DNA from: Octopus vulgaris
Taxonomy: Eukaryota
DNA: 64,000 bases
Direction: 5' to 3'
Assembly (NCBI GenBank): GCA_951406725.2
Contig: OX597818.1
Span: 38,874,001-38,938,000, forward strand
Position numbers and translations under genes: made by a program. Of the stretch, positions 12,432 through 24,606 are shown piece by piece (the first letter of the stretch is position 1; every line of letters begins with the position of its first letter). The notes below the pieces were generated by a model. That model ran no database searches and had not been told where the DNA came from. It was given only the letters and a program-made list of their open reading frames with translations.

Positions 12432-13003
12432 TATTGGGTTGTCTGGAAAGTTCGTGCCGATTTATTGTAGCTTACCTTTCGACTTATTTTAGAACATGGT
12501 TGAGTCCATAAGATAGGATTTGACTACACCTCCATTTAGAGCACAGTTTAAGCTATATTTTCGTGGAAGAAGGTTTATGTTCCTATAACCTGTGTTAATT
12601 CTGTAACCCTTTAAAATGGAAGATAAGAAAGTTCATTTTCGGCACTTGATGATTTGGGAACCAGGCAAAAATTGGTGCAGCTCGACTGGGATGTGTTACC
12701 CCACCCACCATATTCACCAGATATTGCTCCTTCGGATTTCCACTTATTCAGGTCTCTGCAGAATAGTCTTAATGGTAAAAATTTCAATTCCTTGGATGAC
12801 GTAAAAAAGAAACCTCGATGAATTCTTTGTCATGAAAGCACCTCAATTATGGGAAGAGGGTATTTTCAAGTTAAAGGAAAGATGGAGATGCATTGTGCAA
12901 CAAAATGGTTCATATTTGGTTGATTAAAAATGTAATGGCAAGTATTTATTGACCTTTTTCCTTTCCTTTAAATATCGGCAGGAACTTTCCGGACAACCCA
13001 ATA
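12432..13003 (+). mobile_element. Internally deleted mariner transposon
   Basis: TIRs TATTGGGTTGTCTGGAAAGTTCGTGCCGAT and ATCGGCAGGAACTTTCCGGACAACCCAATA with TA TSD; N-terminus MEDKKVHFRHL joined to C-terminal WDVLPHPPYSPDIAPSDFHLF. Confidence 0.92.
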
Positions 13004-13287
13004 TAGTGCGTGTGCTTATTTGGCAAAAAAAAAAAATTATAAAAATAAAAACTGCCCCCCCCCCCCCCCCGAAATATGGCAATGTCTGTTCCTGCACACG
13101 GTTTTACATTAGGGATCAAGCAACATAAATTTCTAAACGATATATTTACTATGAAATGAAATTTTGAAAAGGCGCTTGAAAGCAGTAACTCAACACTAAG
13201 TGTTACATATAGAATTATAGGTTAGGGCAATATAGACAGCCCGCTTAATCTGGATATCTATCAAACATGGTAATATGCACTGCAATA

Positions 13288-14048
13288 AGGCGGCGAGCTG
13301 GCAGAAACATTTGCACGCCGGGCGAAATGCCTAGCGGTATTTCGTCTGCCGCTACGTTCTGAGTTCAAATTCTGCCGAGGTCGACTTTGCCTTTCATCCT
13401 TTCGGGGTCGATAAATTAAGTACCAGCTATGCACTGGGGTCGATGTAATCGACTTAATCCCATAGTCTGTCCTTGTTTGTCCCCTTTGTGTATAGCCCCT
13501 TGTGGGCAGTAAAAAAATTGGTATTTCGTCTGCCGCTACGTTCTGAGTTCAAATTCCGCCGAGGTCGACTTTGCCTTTCATCCTTTCGGGGTCGATAAAT
13601 TAAGTACCAGTTACGCACTGGGGTCGATGTTATCGACTTAATCCCTTAGTTTGTCCTTGTTTGTCCCCTTTGTGTATAGCCCCATGTGGGCAGTAAAAAA
13701 ATTGGTATTTTGTCTGCCGCTACGTTCTGAGTTCAAATTCCGCCGAGGTCGACTTTGCCTTTCATCCTTTCGGGGTCGATTAAATAAGGACCATTTACGC
13801 ACTGGGGTCGATATAATCAACTTAATCCGTTTGTCTGTCCTTGTTTGTCCTCTCTGTGTTTAGCTTCTTGTGGGTATCAAAGAAATAGGTATTTCGTCTG
13901 TCTACGTTCTGAGTTCAAATTCCACCGAGGTCGACTTCGTCTTTCATCCTGTCGGGGTCGATAAATTAAGTACCAGTTGCGTACTGGGGCCAATCTGATC
14001 GACTGACCCCCCCCCCAAATTTATGGCCTTGTGCCTAGAGTAGAAAAG
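13288..14048 (+). mobile_element. SINE family B tandem array (one head, 4 units; last unit has the alternative tail ..GGCCTTGTGCCTAGAGTAGAAAAG)
   Basis: Units restart at GGTATTTCGTC; TSD AATAT(G/C)CAC(T/A)GCAATA at 13272-13287 and 14049-14064. Confidence 0.9.
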
Positions 14049-14248
14049 AATATCCACAGCAATAGTCTATTATGCATAGACCAGTATTGTGTGAGCGTGG
14101 TTTTATGTCGTGTGTATATATGTATAAAAGTGACCGATAGAATTAGTAGGCTTACAAAGGATAAGTCCTGGGGTCAATTTCTTCGACTAAAAGCGGTGTT
14201 CCAGCATGGCCACAATGAAATGAGTGAAACAAGTAAAAAAATGAAAGA

Positions 14249-14281
<33 letters not shown>

Positions 14282-14550
14282 TGTATGTATGTATGTATGT
14301 ATGAATGTATGTATGTATATATATATATTTATATAAACATACATATACATATATATAAATGCACATACATTTATATACATGCATATATATATATATATAA
14401 ATACATATACATATATATAAATGGATATACATATATAAATACATATACATATATATATACATACATATATATATATAAATACATGTGCATATATATACAT
14501 ATACATAAATACACATACATATATATATATACATATACATATATATTTAC

Positions 14551-14591
<41 letters not shown>

Positions 14592-14808
14592 CATATATAT
14601 ATATATAAATACATATGCATATATATAAATACCTATACATATATATATAAATACATATACATACATACATACATATATATATATATATAAATACATGCAC
14701 ATATATGTATTCATATACATAAATACATATACATATATATATATATATATATAAAATACATGCACATATATGTATTCATATACATAAATACACATACATA
14801 TATATATA

Positions 14809-15245
14809 GAAGTGGAACCGCAAAGGATGGAACCAAACAGCGCACACGGGTGTGTATGTTCTACCTGAGAGGTTCCTGCTGGCATGGAAAGGAAGGTGCA
14901 GACTGCCGCTTTGCAAATCGGGGACCCTGCCACAGAGACACGAGGCAGATGGACAAACCATCAATACAAAGAAAAGGGATGGACCACGCACCACGTGCCC
15001 CAAAGCGGAGGTACGCAGATGTTGTGCGCGTCACAAACAGCCAACATGATGTTGTCGAAAGAGCAGCTGCTGAGCAACAATGTTTTTTGTGCATGGCACA
15101 AAAGATTGTACAGCAGCTGACCTGGCTTCATCAAACCCAAGCCCGCAGGTGGGACTACCCACTATATACCAGACCACCACAGCAAACAGACACAGGATGG
15201 ACACCGCCGGCAACAACATACACCTCACCTCGATACTCCTACTGA
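14809..15245 (+). pseudogene. LINE ORF1 C-terminal remnant with degenerate CCCH-type zinc finger
   Basis: [22 protein letters not shown] (C-x7-C-x8-C-x3-N, where H is expected); overlaps the start of ORF2. Confidence 0.55.
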
Positions 15246-17335
15246 ACATCAGAGGACTGCAAACACTCAGTAACAGGACAAAGATCCCGTTCCTGAGAGA
15301 CTTTGTTGCATGCAATCAAGCCATATGCATAGCACTTACAGAAACGCACCTGAAACCGGACATAGCAGATGCGGAGTTACACATACCACAGTATGCTGTA
15401 CTACGGACCGACAGGAAAGAAAGGAGTCATGGAGGTGTTGCTATGTACATCCGTGAGGACCTCACACCCCAGGTCCTCTTGTCATACTCAAACTCGGTGT
15501 GTGACACACTAATTGTACATATTAGGCAACTTGATGTAGTTGTGTGTGCTACATATCGCCCTCCAGATGCCCCAAGCCATGTGGGCAAGTTTGAAGACTG
15601 CCTTATAAAAATAGAAGAAATTCTAACCACATTAGAACAACACATAGGTGTGCTTCTTATGGGAGACTTCAATCTGCCCAATGTCAGATGGCCCGAGGGC
15701 CTTTCTCTCCCAGGAATGACAAGATGTGAACGAGGACAGGCGAGGTCCCTCCTGAACCTCACCAACACCCTGTACATGGAGCAGGTAATACTCCAACCAA
15801 CCAGGGCAGGTAACACACTGGATCTCTGCTTCACAAATGACATGGATCTCATCCATAATGTGAAAGTGACACCGACACTACTCTCGGATCACAACATGAT
15901 AGAGCTGACCATGTACGGGCCAAAAGAGAGCACGGACATGCAGCCTACAAGAAACCCTCAAAATCTTTCCAGCTTGAACTACCATAAGGCAAACTGGAAA
16001 CAAATTGAGAAAGAGATCCTCAAACAAAACTGGCCTAAATGTCTCTCCTCGCCAGACATCGACGTGAAACTTCAACAATTCATGTCTGTAATGCAAGCCA
16101 TATGCTACAAATGTGTCCCAGAGAGAAAGGCCACTGTACACAAGAACAAAATCCCCAGAGAGAGGAAAATTTTAATGAGACGGCGTACGAAATTTTCAAA
16201 TCGCCTAAACAAACAGATTGAAAGCAGTGAAAAGTCCCGCCTAAAAATAAAACTGTTGGAAATCGAAAAATGTCTGCAACTCTCCCATGAAAAAGAAAGA
16301 GCAGACAAAGAAGCCTGGGCTATAGAAAACATAAAATCTAACCCCAGAGCTTTCTACAGGTATGCCAAAGAAACAGCTACAGTGCACTGTAGAATAGGGC
16401 CACTCCTCGAAAAGGATGGCACACTTACAGGAAAACCAATGAGGGTAAGTGAAATACTGAATGAGCAATTCAAGAGTGTTTTCACTCCACCCCTTGGGCA
16501 TCTCCAAATCACCAATCCAACTGACTTTTTTACCACTGCAGATATAAAATCAGAGGCGGCGACGATAGATTACATCGATATAAAGGAAGACGATGTAACG
16601 AAGGCTATAGATGAAATGAAAACAGACTCAGCTACTGGCCCCGATGGATTCCCGGCAATCCTCCTAAAAGCATGTAAGAGAGTCCTAGCAAGACCACTGC
16701 AGTTCCTCTTTCAGAGCTTCCTTGCAGCTGGCAAACTTCCAGGAAAACTGAAGGAAGGTAAAATATGCCCCATTCATAAAGGAGGTAGCAGAGCGGAAGC
16801 CAAGAACTATAGACCTATCTCTCTGACCTCACACATCAGCAAGGTCATGGAACGAATAGTCAGAAGGAAGCTGATCACCTTCCTTGAAGAGAATGACTTG
16901 CTGCCCGACACCCAACATGGTTTCCGACCAGGGAGAAGCTGTTTAACTCAGCTCCTACAACACTATGACTGGGTGCTGAAACGGCTGCTCAACCACTCAA
17001 ATGTGGAAGTGATATATCTCGACTTTGCAAAGGCCTTTGATAAAGTCGATCATGGAATGATATGTCACAAACTGCGTGATCTCAACATAGTTGGAAAACT
17101 GGGAGAATGGCTTCATGACTTTCTGAAGGATAGAAGTCAGGTGGTAGTAGCCAATGGGGCCACCTCCATTAACACACAAATAGTGAGCGGTGTTCCGCAG
17201 GGCACTGTTCTGGGACCACTACTGTTCATAATGGCCCTCTCAGACATGCCCTCAGGGACCACTACTGTTCATAATGGCCCTCTCAGACATGCCCTCAGCC
17301 ACGCAGAGAGCCACGATCACAAGTTATGCAGATGA
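15080..17335 (+). CDS. LINE ORF2, N-terminal part: APE endonuclease + reverse transcriptase
   Basis: LNIRGL, LTETHL, YRPP, GDFN, SDH; GPDG, NYRPISLTS, QHGFRPGRSC, YLDFAKAFDKVDH, GVPQGTVLGPLLF. Confidence 0.93.
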   Translation: MFFVHGTKDCTAADLASSNPSPQVGLPTIYQTTTANRHRMDTAGNNIHLTSILLLNIRGLQTLSNRTKIPFLRDFVACNQAICIALTETHLKPDIADAELHIPQYAVLRTDRKERSHGGVAMYIREDLTPQVLLSYSNSVCDTLIVHIRQLDVVVCATYRPPDAPSHVGKFEDCLIKIEEILTTLEQHIGVLLMGDFNLPNVRWPEGLSLPGMTRCERGQARSLLNLTNTLYMEQVILQPTRAGNTLDLCFTNDMDLIHNVKVTPTLLSDHNMIELTMYGPKESTDMQPTRNPQNLSSLNYHKANWKQIEKEILKQNWPKCLSSPDIDVKLQQFMSVMQAICYKCVPERKATVHKNKIPRERKILMRRRTKFSNRLNKQIESSEKSRLKIKLLEIEKCLQLSHEKERADKEAWAIENIKSNPRAFYRYAKETATVHCRIGPLLEKDGTLTGKPMRVSEILNEQFKSVFTPPLGHLQITNPTDFFTTADIKSEAATIDYIDIKEDDVTKAIDEMKTDSATGPDGFPAILLKACKRVLARPLQFLFQSFLAAGKLPGKLKEGKICPIHKGGSRAEAKNYRPISLTSHISKVMERIVRRKLITFLEENDLLPDTQHGFRPGRSCLTQLLQHYDWVLKRLLNHSNVEVIYLDFAKAFDKVDHGMICHKLRDLNIVGKLGEWLHDFLKDRSQVVVANGATSINTQIVSGVPQGTVLGPLLFIMALSDMPSGTTTVHNGPLRHALSHAESHDHKLCR

Positions 17336-18236
17336 TACAAAAGTTTCACAGGCAATACAGAACCCTGAGGACACTAAACACCTGCAATGTGAGCTGGACG
17401 AAATATACAAGTGGGCTGAAAAGAATAGCATGCAATTCAATGCTGGAAAGTTTCAAGCTTTATACTATCAGCATGCAAAACTGAATGCAATACCCAATGA
17501 ATACACTGGACCCGGAGGGATTGCAATCCCAGAGGCACAATCAGTGCGTGACCTGGGTATTCACATGAGTGATGACGCGACCTTTCATGTACATGTTGCT
17601 AAACTGACAATGAAATGTAGACGGCTGGCTGGATGGATTCTTAGAACCTTTAGAACAAGAGAACAAGAAACCATGATGGTCCTCTGGAAGACACTTGTCC
17701 TAAGCCACTTTGACTATTGCTCTCAGCTATGGTCACCATCCAGTGTCAAGTTGATCACAGAACTTGAGGCGATCCAACGAAGCTACACAAAGAAGATAGC
17801 CTCTATGCAGAATGTAAGCTACTGGGAAAGACTCAAGAGATTAAAATTATATTCCCTGGAGCGTAGGCGGGAAAGATATGCCATAATATACATCTGGAAG
17901 ATCCTGGAGGGAAGTGTCCTGAACTTTGGCATCGAGAGTTACGCAAATGCCAGAACTGGGCGCCACTGCGTGGTGCCTAGGACTCCAAACCTGCCATCAA
18001 GATGTAGGACAAGATACTGTGATAGCCTGGGCTTCCGAGGCCCACAGCTCTTCAATATCCTCCCGAAGAACCTGAGAGACCTGCATGGGGTGGATACAGA
18101 TGTCTTTAAAATGAAGCTGGATCTCTTCCTGTCAGGTGTCCCAGATGAACCAACTTCACGGCAGGAGGGGCAGATGAGGGCAGCTGCATCGAACTCTCTC
18201 ATGCACCAAATAGCAGCTGCTAGAAAGCCTCCATGA
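17274..18236 (+). CDS. LINE ORF2, C-terminal part (after frameshift)
   Basis: YADDTK catalytic motif, RDLGI, DYCSQLWSP and LYSLERRR; the frameshift is caused by a 43-bp duplication. Confidence 0.9.
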   Translation: MALSDMPSATQRATITSYADDTKVSQAIQNPEDTKHLQCELDEIYKWAEKNSMQFNAGKFQALYYQHAKLNAIPNEYTGPGGIAIPEAQSVRDLGIHMSDDATFHVHVAKLTMKCRRLAGWILRTFRTREQETMMVLWKTLVLSHFDYCSQLWSPSSVKLITELEAIQRSYTKKIASMQNVSYWERLKRLKLYSLERRRERYAIIYIWKILEGSVLNFGIESYANARTGRHCVVPRTPNLPSRCRTRYCDSLGFRGPQLFNILPKNLRDLHGVDTDVFKMKLDLFLSGVPDEPTSRQEGQMRAAASNSLMHQIAAARKPP

Positions 18237-18416
18237 AGTGAAACCAAGTAGCAACACAAAATGGCGGTGCCCCAGCATGGCCACAGCTCATAAGCTGAAA
18301 CTAGAATCAATCAATCAATCAATCATATATATGCATATACATATGTATACATATATATATACATAAGCATATATATGCATATATATACATATATATATAT
18401 ATATATACATATATAC

Positions 18417-18469
<53 letters not shown>

Positions 18470-18587
18470 TGCGTACACACATATATATATATATACATAT
18501 ATACATACACAGATATAGGGTGAAATATAATTAATTTAATAAAATCAACAAATTTCACCAAGTTGTATTTCGGTATGGAAAAGGACC

Positions 18588-18884
18588 ATATTCGGTAAAA
18601 ACTTATATAATTGTAACAATAAGGTTTTTTGCAACAAGTTGCTTAACCACATACCGAACATTTTAGAAATAGCAGCCAAAGAGCTACTATTTCCTTTCAC
18701 TACAAAACTATGTCTCCACAAACAACAATATTTGTTAAAAATATTGTTGTTTGTGGAGACATAGTTTTGTAGTGAAAGGAAATAGTAGCTCTTTGGCTGC
18801 TATTTCTAAAATGTTCGGTATGTGGTTAAGCAACTTGTTGCAAAAAACCTTATTGTTACAATTATATAAGTTTTTACCGAATAT
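18588..18884. repeat. Apparently perfect palindrome (~146-bp arms, 5-nt loop GTTAA)
   Basis: ATATTCGGTAAAAAC..CAATATTT pairs with AAATATTG..GTTTTTACCGAATAT; a diverged single arm lies at ~35168-35264. Confidence 0.92.
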
Positions 18885-18930
18885 ATACATACACACACAT
18901 ATATATATACATATATTCATACATATATGT

Positions 18931-18995
<65 letters not shown>

Positions 18996-19052
18996 GCATG
19001 TACATATATAAATGCATATACACATATACACACATATATAATATGTATATAC

Positions 19053-19118
<66 letters not shown>

Positions 19119-19214
19119 TCATATATATATATATAAATACATATACATATATATATAGGCATGTACACACACACACACACAATGAGAATGGGCCCCAACA
19201 TCCTGCAGCCGAAT

Positions 19215-20120
19215 TCCCCTGCACTATTTCCAATACTTCCAATGCATTTTTCGACATTTCTCTCAACCTGCACCATTCCGCTCTCACTACCTCCATCCAC
19301 TACAAACACACCTAGTCACACTCCTACCTTAACTTCTCTCATCCTCTTGCCCGCACCATGCTCTCTATCCCCCTACTCCCAATTTCTCCGTCTGCGCAGG
19401 CTCTGCAGTGACAACCATGACCTTGAGACTCAGTGTCAACTCATGACTTGCCACCTCATCCTTCGTGGAGATCCTCTCACCACTATCCACACAGCCCTTG
19501 CCAGAGCACGTTCTGTGGACCATGCCTCTCCTTTCTCTCTCCGCACCCGCCCCACCGTGTCCGTCTCCCGTTTTCTCTCACCTACTACCCCTCCATCCTG
19601 CCTCTCCAGCGCACCATTCTCCGAGCCTTCCGGCAACTCCAGTCCGAACCATCCTCGCACATCTTCCCAAACCTATTCTTTCCCTCCTTCAAACGGGCTC
19701 ACAAACTGCGTGACCTCCTGGTCTACAGTTTCTTCCCTAATCCTACCTCCCAACCCGGCTCGTTCCCTTGCTCCCGCCCACGCTGCTGCACTTGCCCTTA
19801 TCTGTCCAACACCACCAGCCTCACAGGCACTCATCATCATCCCTATCATATCACGGGCTACTTTACCTGCACTTTTAGCAACGTCATTTACTGCATCTCC
19901 TGCTCATTCTGTCGTCCTCTGTACATCGGTCAAACGGGATGCCACTTGGATGACTCAGCAATGACATCCCGGTCTCACGCCATTTACGCTCTACCGGTTA
20001 TTCACCACAATACCTGACTGTGTTCGGATTGTCTTTGTACAGGGGCCATCCGGACTCCTGGCTTCGCCTTGAACAAGAATTAATCTTCTCTCTTCGCTTC
20101 TTTGCTCCACATGGGCTCAA
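19215..20120 (+). mobile_element. Penelope-like element fragment (RT thumb + GIY-YIG endonuclease), degenerate
   Basis: FDISL..TSIHYK, PYSQFLRLRRLCS, LRDLLV, CSRPRCCTCPY and FTCTFSNVIYCISC..LYIGQTG across frameshifts. Confidence 0.88.
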
Positions 20121-20229
20121 TTCCCCTCCTCTCTTCATCTGACTCCCCCCTCTTTTCATCTGACACCTTCATCTCTTCACTCCTATCCACCTTCTCACTT
20201 CATTGATACCCCCTCTTTAAGTTTGCCAT

Positions 20230-20505
20230 ATACCACAAGATAGGATCCCTCTCCCAAACAGATGGCTCCCTCACAGGAAACCCCATGAGGATAAGTGAAA
20301 TACTGAACGAACAGTTTGAAAATGTGTTCACTACACCTCTGGGACACAGGTAAGTAAACAAACCAGCAGAATTATTTGCTACTTTACCTGTAAAGAAAGA
20401 GGCAAAATTGAGTACATAAACATTGAAGGTGTAACACTGGCCATAGATGAGGTTGACACAACCTCAGCTGCCGACCCTTATGGATTTCTGGCGGTCCTTC
20501 TCAAA
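20230..20505 (+). mobile_element. Internal fragment of a related CR1-group LINE
   Basis: Similar to ~16390-16665 (IG..DGSLTGNPMRISEILNEQF). Confidence 0.75.
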
Positions 20506-20868
20506 CACACACACACACAAGTGATCCCCTCCCCACCAAACAAAAAAAAAGGTCTATTAAACTATTGAATATCAGGCAGATGTGTTTCAATTTTTAAACC
20601 ATATTTACATGTTAGTTTTTTTAACTGACTGTTGCTACGCCTTACAAAGTATGGAACTGGTAATGTTAAACTCCAGAATAGCTTTGGTATTATTTTATTG
20701 ACTCTGGAGTAATGAGAAGCGGTATTTACCCAGCTTAAACTTGAAGTTAAACGTACAGGATCGGAAATGAATTTTAATATAGCTTCTGAATATAGACAAA
20801 TGCAAATTTCGTTTTACCCGTCGAATATGCTTTATCGTACGCGATTTTGTTTGACTACATCCCAAGAA

Positions 20869-21057
20869 CAGGGTTTTACAAACTGTGTGTCCCGACCCTT
20901 TAGTGGGTCGCGAAACAAAAGAAGGAACTAAAAGAGAACGCCAGTGGTGCAAAGTGCAGAATATATTCCAGTGTTTTTTCAAATTGTGAGTCCCGACCCT
21001 TCAGTGGGTCGCGAGATAAATAATTAGGGTCGCGACAAAAAAGTTTGAAAAACGCTG
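20869..21057. mobile_element. hAT(Charlie)-like MITE with duplicated left end
   Basis: Ends CAGGGTTTTACAAAC and GTTTGAAAAACGCTG; CGACCC..GGGTCGCG subterminal motifs occur twice. Confidence 0.6.
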
Positions 21058-22382
21058 CGCTGGAAGATGCAAAAACAGGCGGCCACGTGGTTTTGAGTTT
21101 ATTGCAACCTAAGTAGCAGAAACATCATTATTTCAGCTATAAACACAAACTCGAGTGTCCACCCGCTTTTGCGTCTTCTAAAAGTGTAGTCAAACGAAAT
21201 TACACTCGCCAATACGTCCTCGCGGGTTTAAATTTTATAGGCATAGGTCAATCGTGGTCGTTAATAGCGGCAATAAAAAAAGGGATATATTCTAAATCAG
21301 GACTTGTAATCTTGTCGCTTACTCAGTTATTGATATCGTGTAAAAAAATAGATTTCCCAATTATAGCTTCTGCTTGAATCTAAAAGGTCCATTGTGTTTT
21401 AACAAATGCTGTCAGTACATAAATTCTCGGGAAATTAATGCCACAAATCAAGAAGTTCGATAAGTATCAGTAAATCGTCAAACAAGCTACTTTGTGTTAT
21501 TAGGTCATATACAATTATATTCTGCTCAGGCCGTTTTATTTTATCTCCTTCCCAGGTAAATAAAATATCACAAGACTCGATGTAAACGACAACCACTGAA
21601 GGTGGTGTTCTATCTTGGCTGCTGTCTAATGACTGAAATTAATCAATGAATAAAAGAAAATGCTGTAAGGGCGGCCAACGTTCCTCCATTTTTGACAACA
21701 AATCATTTAAAAATAAATAAGAGAAATGTAATGTTTCAGTTCTAAACTTTCATAAAATGCTGAGATATTTATTTTGTGAATGTATTTCTTTTTATAGAAC
21801 ATACTTTTCAAGTCAAATAATTTCTAAAAATAAATTCAAATTCTCTGGTAGAATCTGGTCTGGCAACTTTTTCGTTCGTATGAATTTCTAAAGGAAAGAT
21901 ATTTAGTTACCTCCACCTCATTCCAATTTGATAACAACAAAAGAAAAGAATAAAAGAAGTCATGAATAAAATCAAAATAAAATGGGAGGAATATCTTAAC
22001 AAAAGTATTTTTTCTCATAAAATAAAATACCTGAATTTATGTTGCGCATATATCGTTTAGGCAGTGACTTTGGAAATTTAAACACAAATATCAGTCTTTT
22101 CAAGTCTCCAACAAACTTGTTCATCTTGCGCCTAAGAAAGTAATATTTGACTTTGGGCAGTGGAGCGAAATAAATAACAGAGTGCGGAGAGTGCAGTTGC
22201 AACTTTTAGTTACATTGCTTTATGACTCGAATTCCAGATTGTCTATGTAATAACTTGGCATTTCTTTTTCTCCAGTTGATTACAAATGCACTAGTTGTTG
22301 TCGTTGTTGATCACCCCAAGTCAGCCTGGATTCAGTTATTTTGGTGGAAATAAAGAAGAAATAGAAGTTGAAAACGCCCTGG

Positions 22383-24228
22383 GTTTCACAGTTTACACTG
22401 ATTTTCAAAAGATGAGATAGAAAGACGTGGGTTATGCCGCAACTGTCTTGCTTCTGAATTTCTTTATTCAGAATTGGGGCGGGGACTAAACAAGGACTGT
22501 CTTACACAGGGCTGGGGTTACAACCGTGATAAATTTGAATAAATCGAGATGATAAATCGAACATTAAACCGAGAAGTGGAAATGCGAAGCAGTGGAAACC
22601 CTCTATAAAACTCCGCAGTAGTTGCTTCGCTGCCGGCATTGCTCCCCCCAGGAGAACAGGTCTCCGCTTGATCCATGTGTCAATTGTGGAAAGAGGAGCA
22701 GACAATCCCGGCGACTTGTCCCCTGGGCACTCAGAAAGCACCTCTATGACTTCCTCAGCTGTGATCGGCCCTTCACAGCGCTCAGCGTCATGTGCCGAGA
22801 GACGCAGGCCACGGGCTAGGAAATCCCGTAGGACATCCCAATGGTCCAGCGTCCCGCTCCTCCCGAACAACGCAGCAAAGTGCTAGTGAAAGGTCTTGCA
22901 CATCTCTTCCTGTCCTTGGATCTTCTGTCCATGTTCGTTTACCACAGTCCTTATCGTAGCATCTATGCCACGTTGGGTTTCTACCGAGTGAGCCCACCCA
23001 GCAACGTTGATACCCTCGCGACCCAGTGCACGTACTTTAGCTCGAACTCTGCATCCTTCGTGTTTGGCATTGAGGTGTTGGTCCAAGACCGATCTCGCCG
23101 CCAAAACTTGGGGTGCAGAGCCTATTCTCAGCGTCTCTTCTAACGCCTTAACTAGATCCCTTTCTACTCTAGTCTATTCTAGACTTAACTGCTTGCTAAA
23201 TCTAATAGACTCAAGTATAATGGCTCTTTTGAGGGCACACCACCACCGGTTATTTAACACGGTGCCGGTTAGTGCCCTCATTACTAACATCTTAATCTGG
23301 CTACGATAAGTTTCGTAATCCAAAAGGGACTTGTTCAACTTCCAATAGCCAGATCCCTGTCTATGGACTTTATCTATATGCATCCTGCACGTCACTAATT
23401 TGTGATCCGTGTAGACTACACAGGTGAACTGTGAACAGCTAAAACTAGACTTATCTCTAGCGTTAATTATTATCCTGTCTATATAAGACCTGACTGATTC
23501 ATCGGTATTAGTTCACATTAGAACGCTCGGATTATCAAGTCTGTATCGATCTGCCAGCCTAGACCGCTTCAGCAGATCGATGAGGTGTGAGTTACATTTC
23601 CTATCGTTCGAGCCTACGCTGTCCTGGCGTCCATCCAAAATAGCGTTAAAGTCTCCTAGCAAAACTAGTGTTTTGACGTCACCAGAAAGGTCTCAAGGCG
23701 TTGATAGAACTCATTCCATTTGTCTGTCGTGCCAGGCGCGTAAATCTCAACCAACCTGAAGGCCTTACCTATGAATGTTAGATCCAGAACTATCGACTCG
23801 CCTCTTGGGTCCACGAAGATCGTACGTGTCTGCAGGGCCAAGTTTTTCCGGAGCAAAACTACAACGCCTCCATTCTCCCTATCCAACTAGGAGACATGAT
23901 TTTCTCATAGCCATTCAGGAAAGTTGAGAAAGCCTGCAGCTTGTCCAACTTGGTCTCTGTAGCAACCGTAACATCAATTCTGTGTGTCCTGAGGTCATCG
24001 AGGAAACAAGCCTGCTTCTGCTTCGAGCCCAGGCCACGTACATTCAAGAGCTGTCTTGCTTCTGACTAGTATTTGAAGATTGTCCTATTTTTATATACTA
24101 TTTTATGCCACGTACTCCCTATAAAGAATAGGACAAACTTCAAAGCACTTGTCAGAAGCAAGACAATTGCAGTATAACCCACGTCTTTCTATCCCAACTT
24201 TTGAAAATGAGTGTAATCTGTGAAACCA
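22383..24228. mobile_element. Fold-back/MITE element interrupted by a Tx1-like insertion
   Basis: 22383-22457 is the reverse complement of ~24152-24227; inner arms at ~24066-24092 and ~24121-24151. Confidence 0.75.
22458..24050 (-). mobile_element. Tx1/L1-clade LINE derivative: endonuclease + linker joined to the 3' end, RT deleted
   Basis: NVRGL, ATETKL, IYAP, GYWKLNKSLL and KSPG motifs; tail AATAAAGAAAT; 15-bp TSD CTGTCTTGCTTCTGA at 22443-22457 and 24051-24065. Confidence 0.88.
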
Positions 24229-24277
24229 GTTAAATCTTTAAATATAATTTTAAAATTTTAACTATTTTCATCTTCTA

Positions 24278-24347
<70 letters not shown>

Positions 24348-24350
24348 GTT

Positions 24351-24541
24351 TTTACTCTTTTACTTGTTTCAGTCATTTGACTATGGCCACGCTGGAGCAC
24401 CGCCTTTAGTCCAGCAAATCGTCCCCAGGACTTATTCTTTGCAAGCCCAGTACTTATTCTATCGGTCTCTTTTGCCGATGCGGTAAGTTACGGGGACGTA
24501 AACACACCAGCATCGGTTGTCAAGCGATGTTGGGGGAACAA

Positions 24542-24606
<65 letters not shown>

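Larger units (their letters stand above)
14809..18324 (+). mobile_element. CR1-group LINE, 5'-truncated in ORF1, inserted in an AT-rich microsatellite
   Basis: ORF1 remnant, APE endonuclease and RT domains, (AATC)n 3' tail. Confidence 0.93.

Noticed and set aside
21805-22124. Possible two-exon minus-strand gene (MNKFVGDLKRLIF..; donor near 22030, acceptor near 21888)
   Set aside because: Splice sites are plausible, but all frames stop within the second exon and no domain is recognisable; needs RNA evidence
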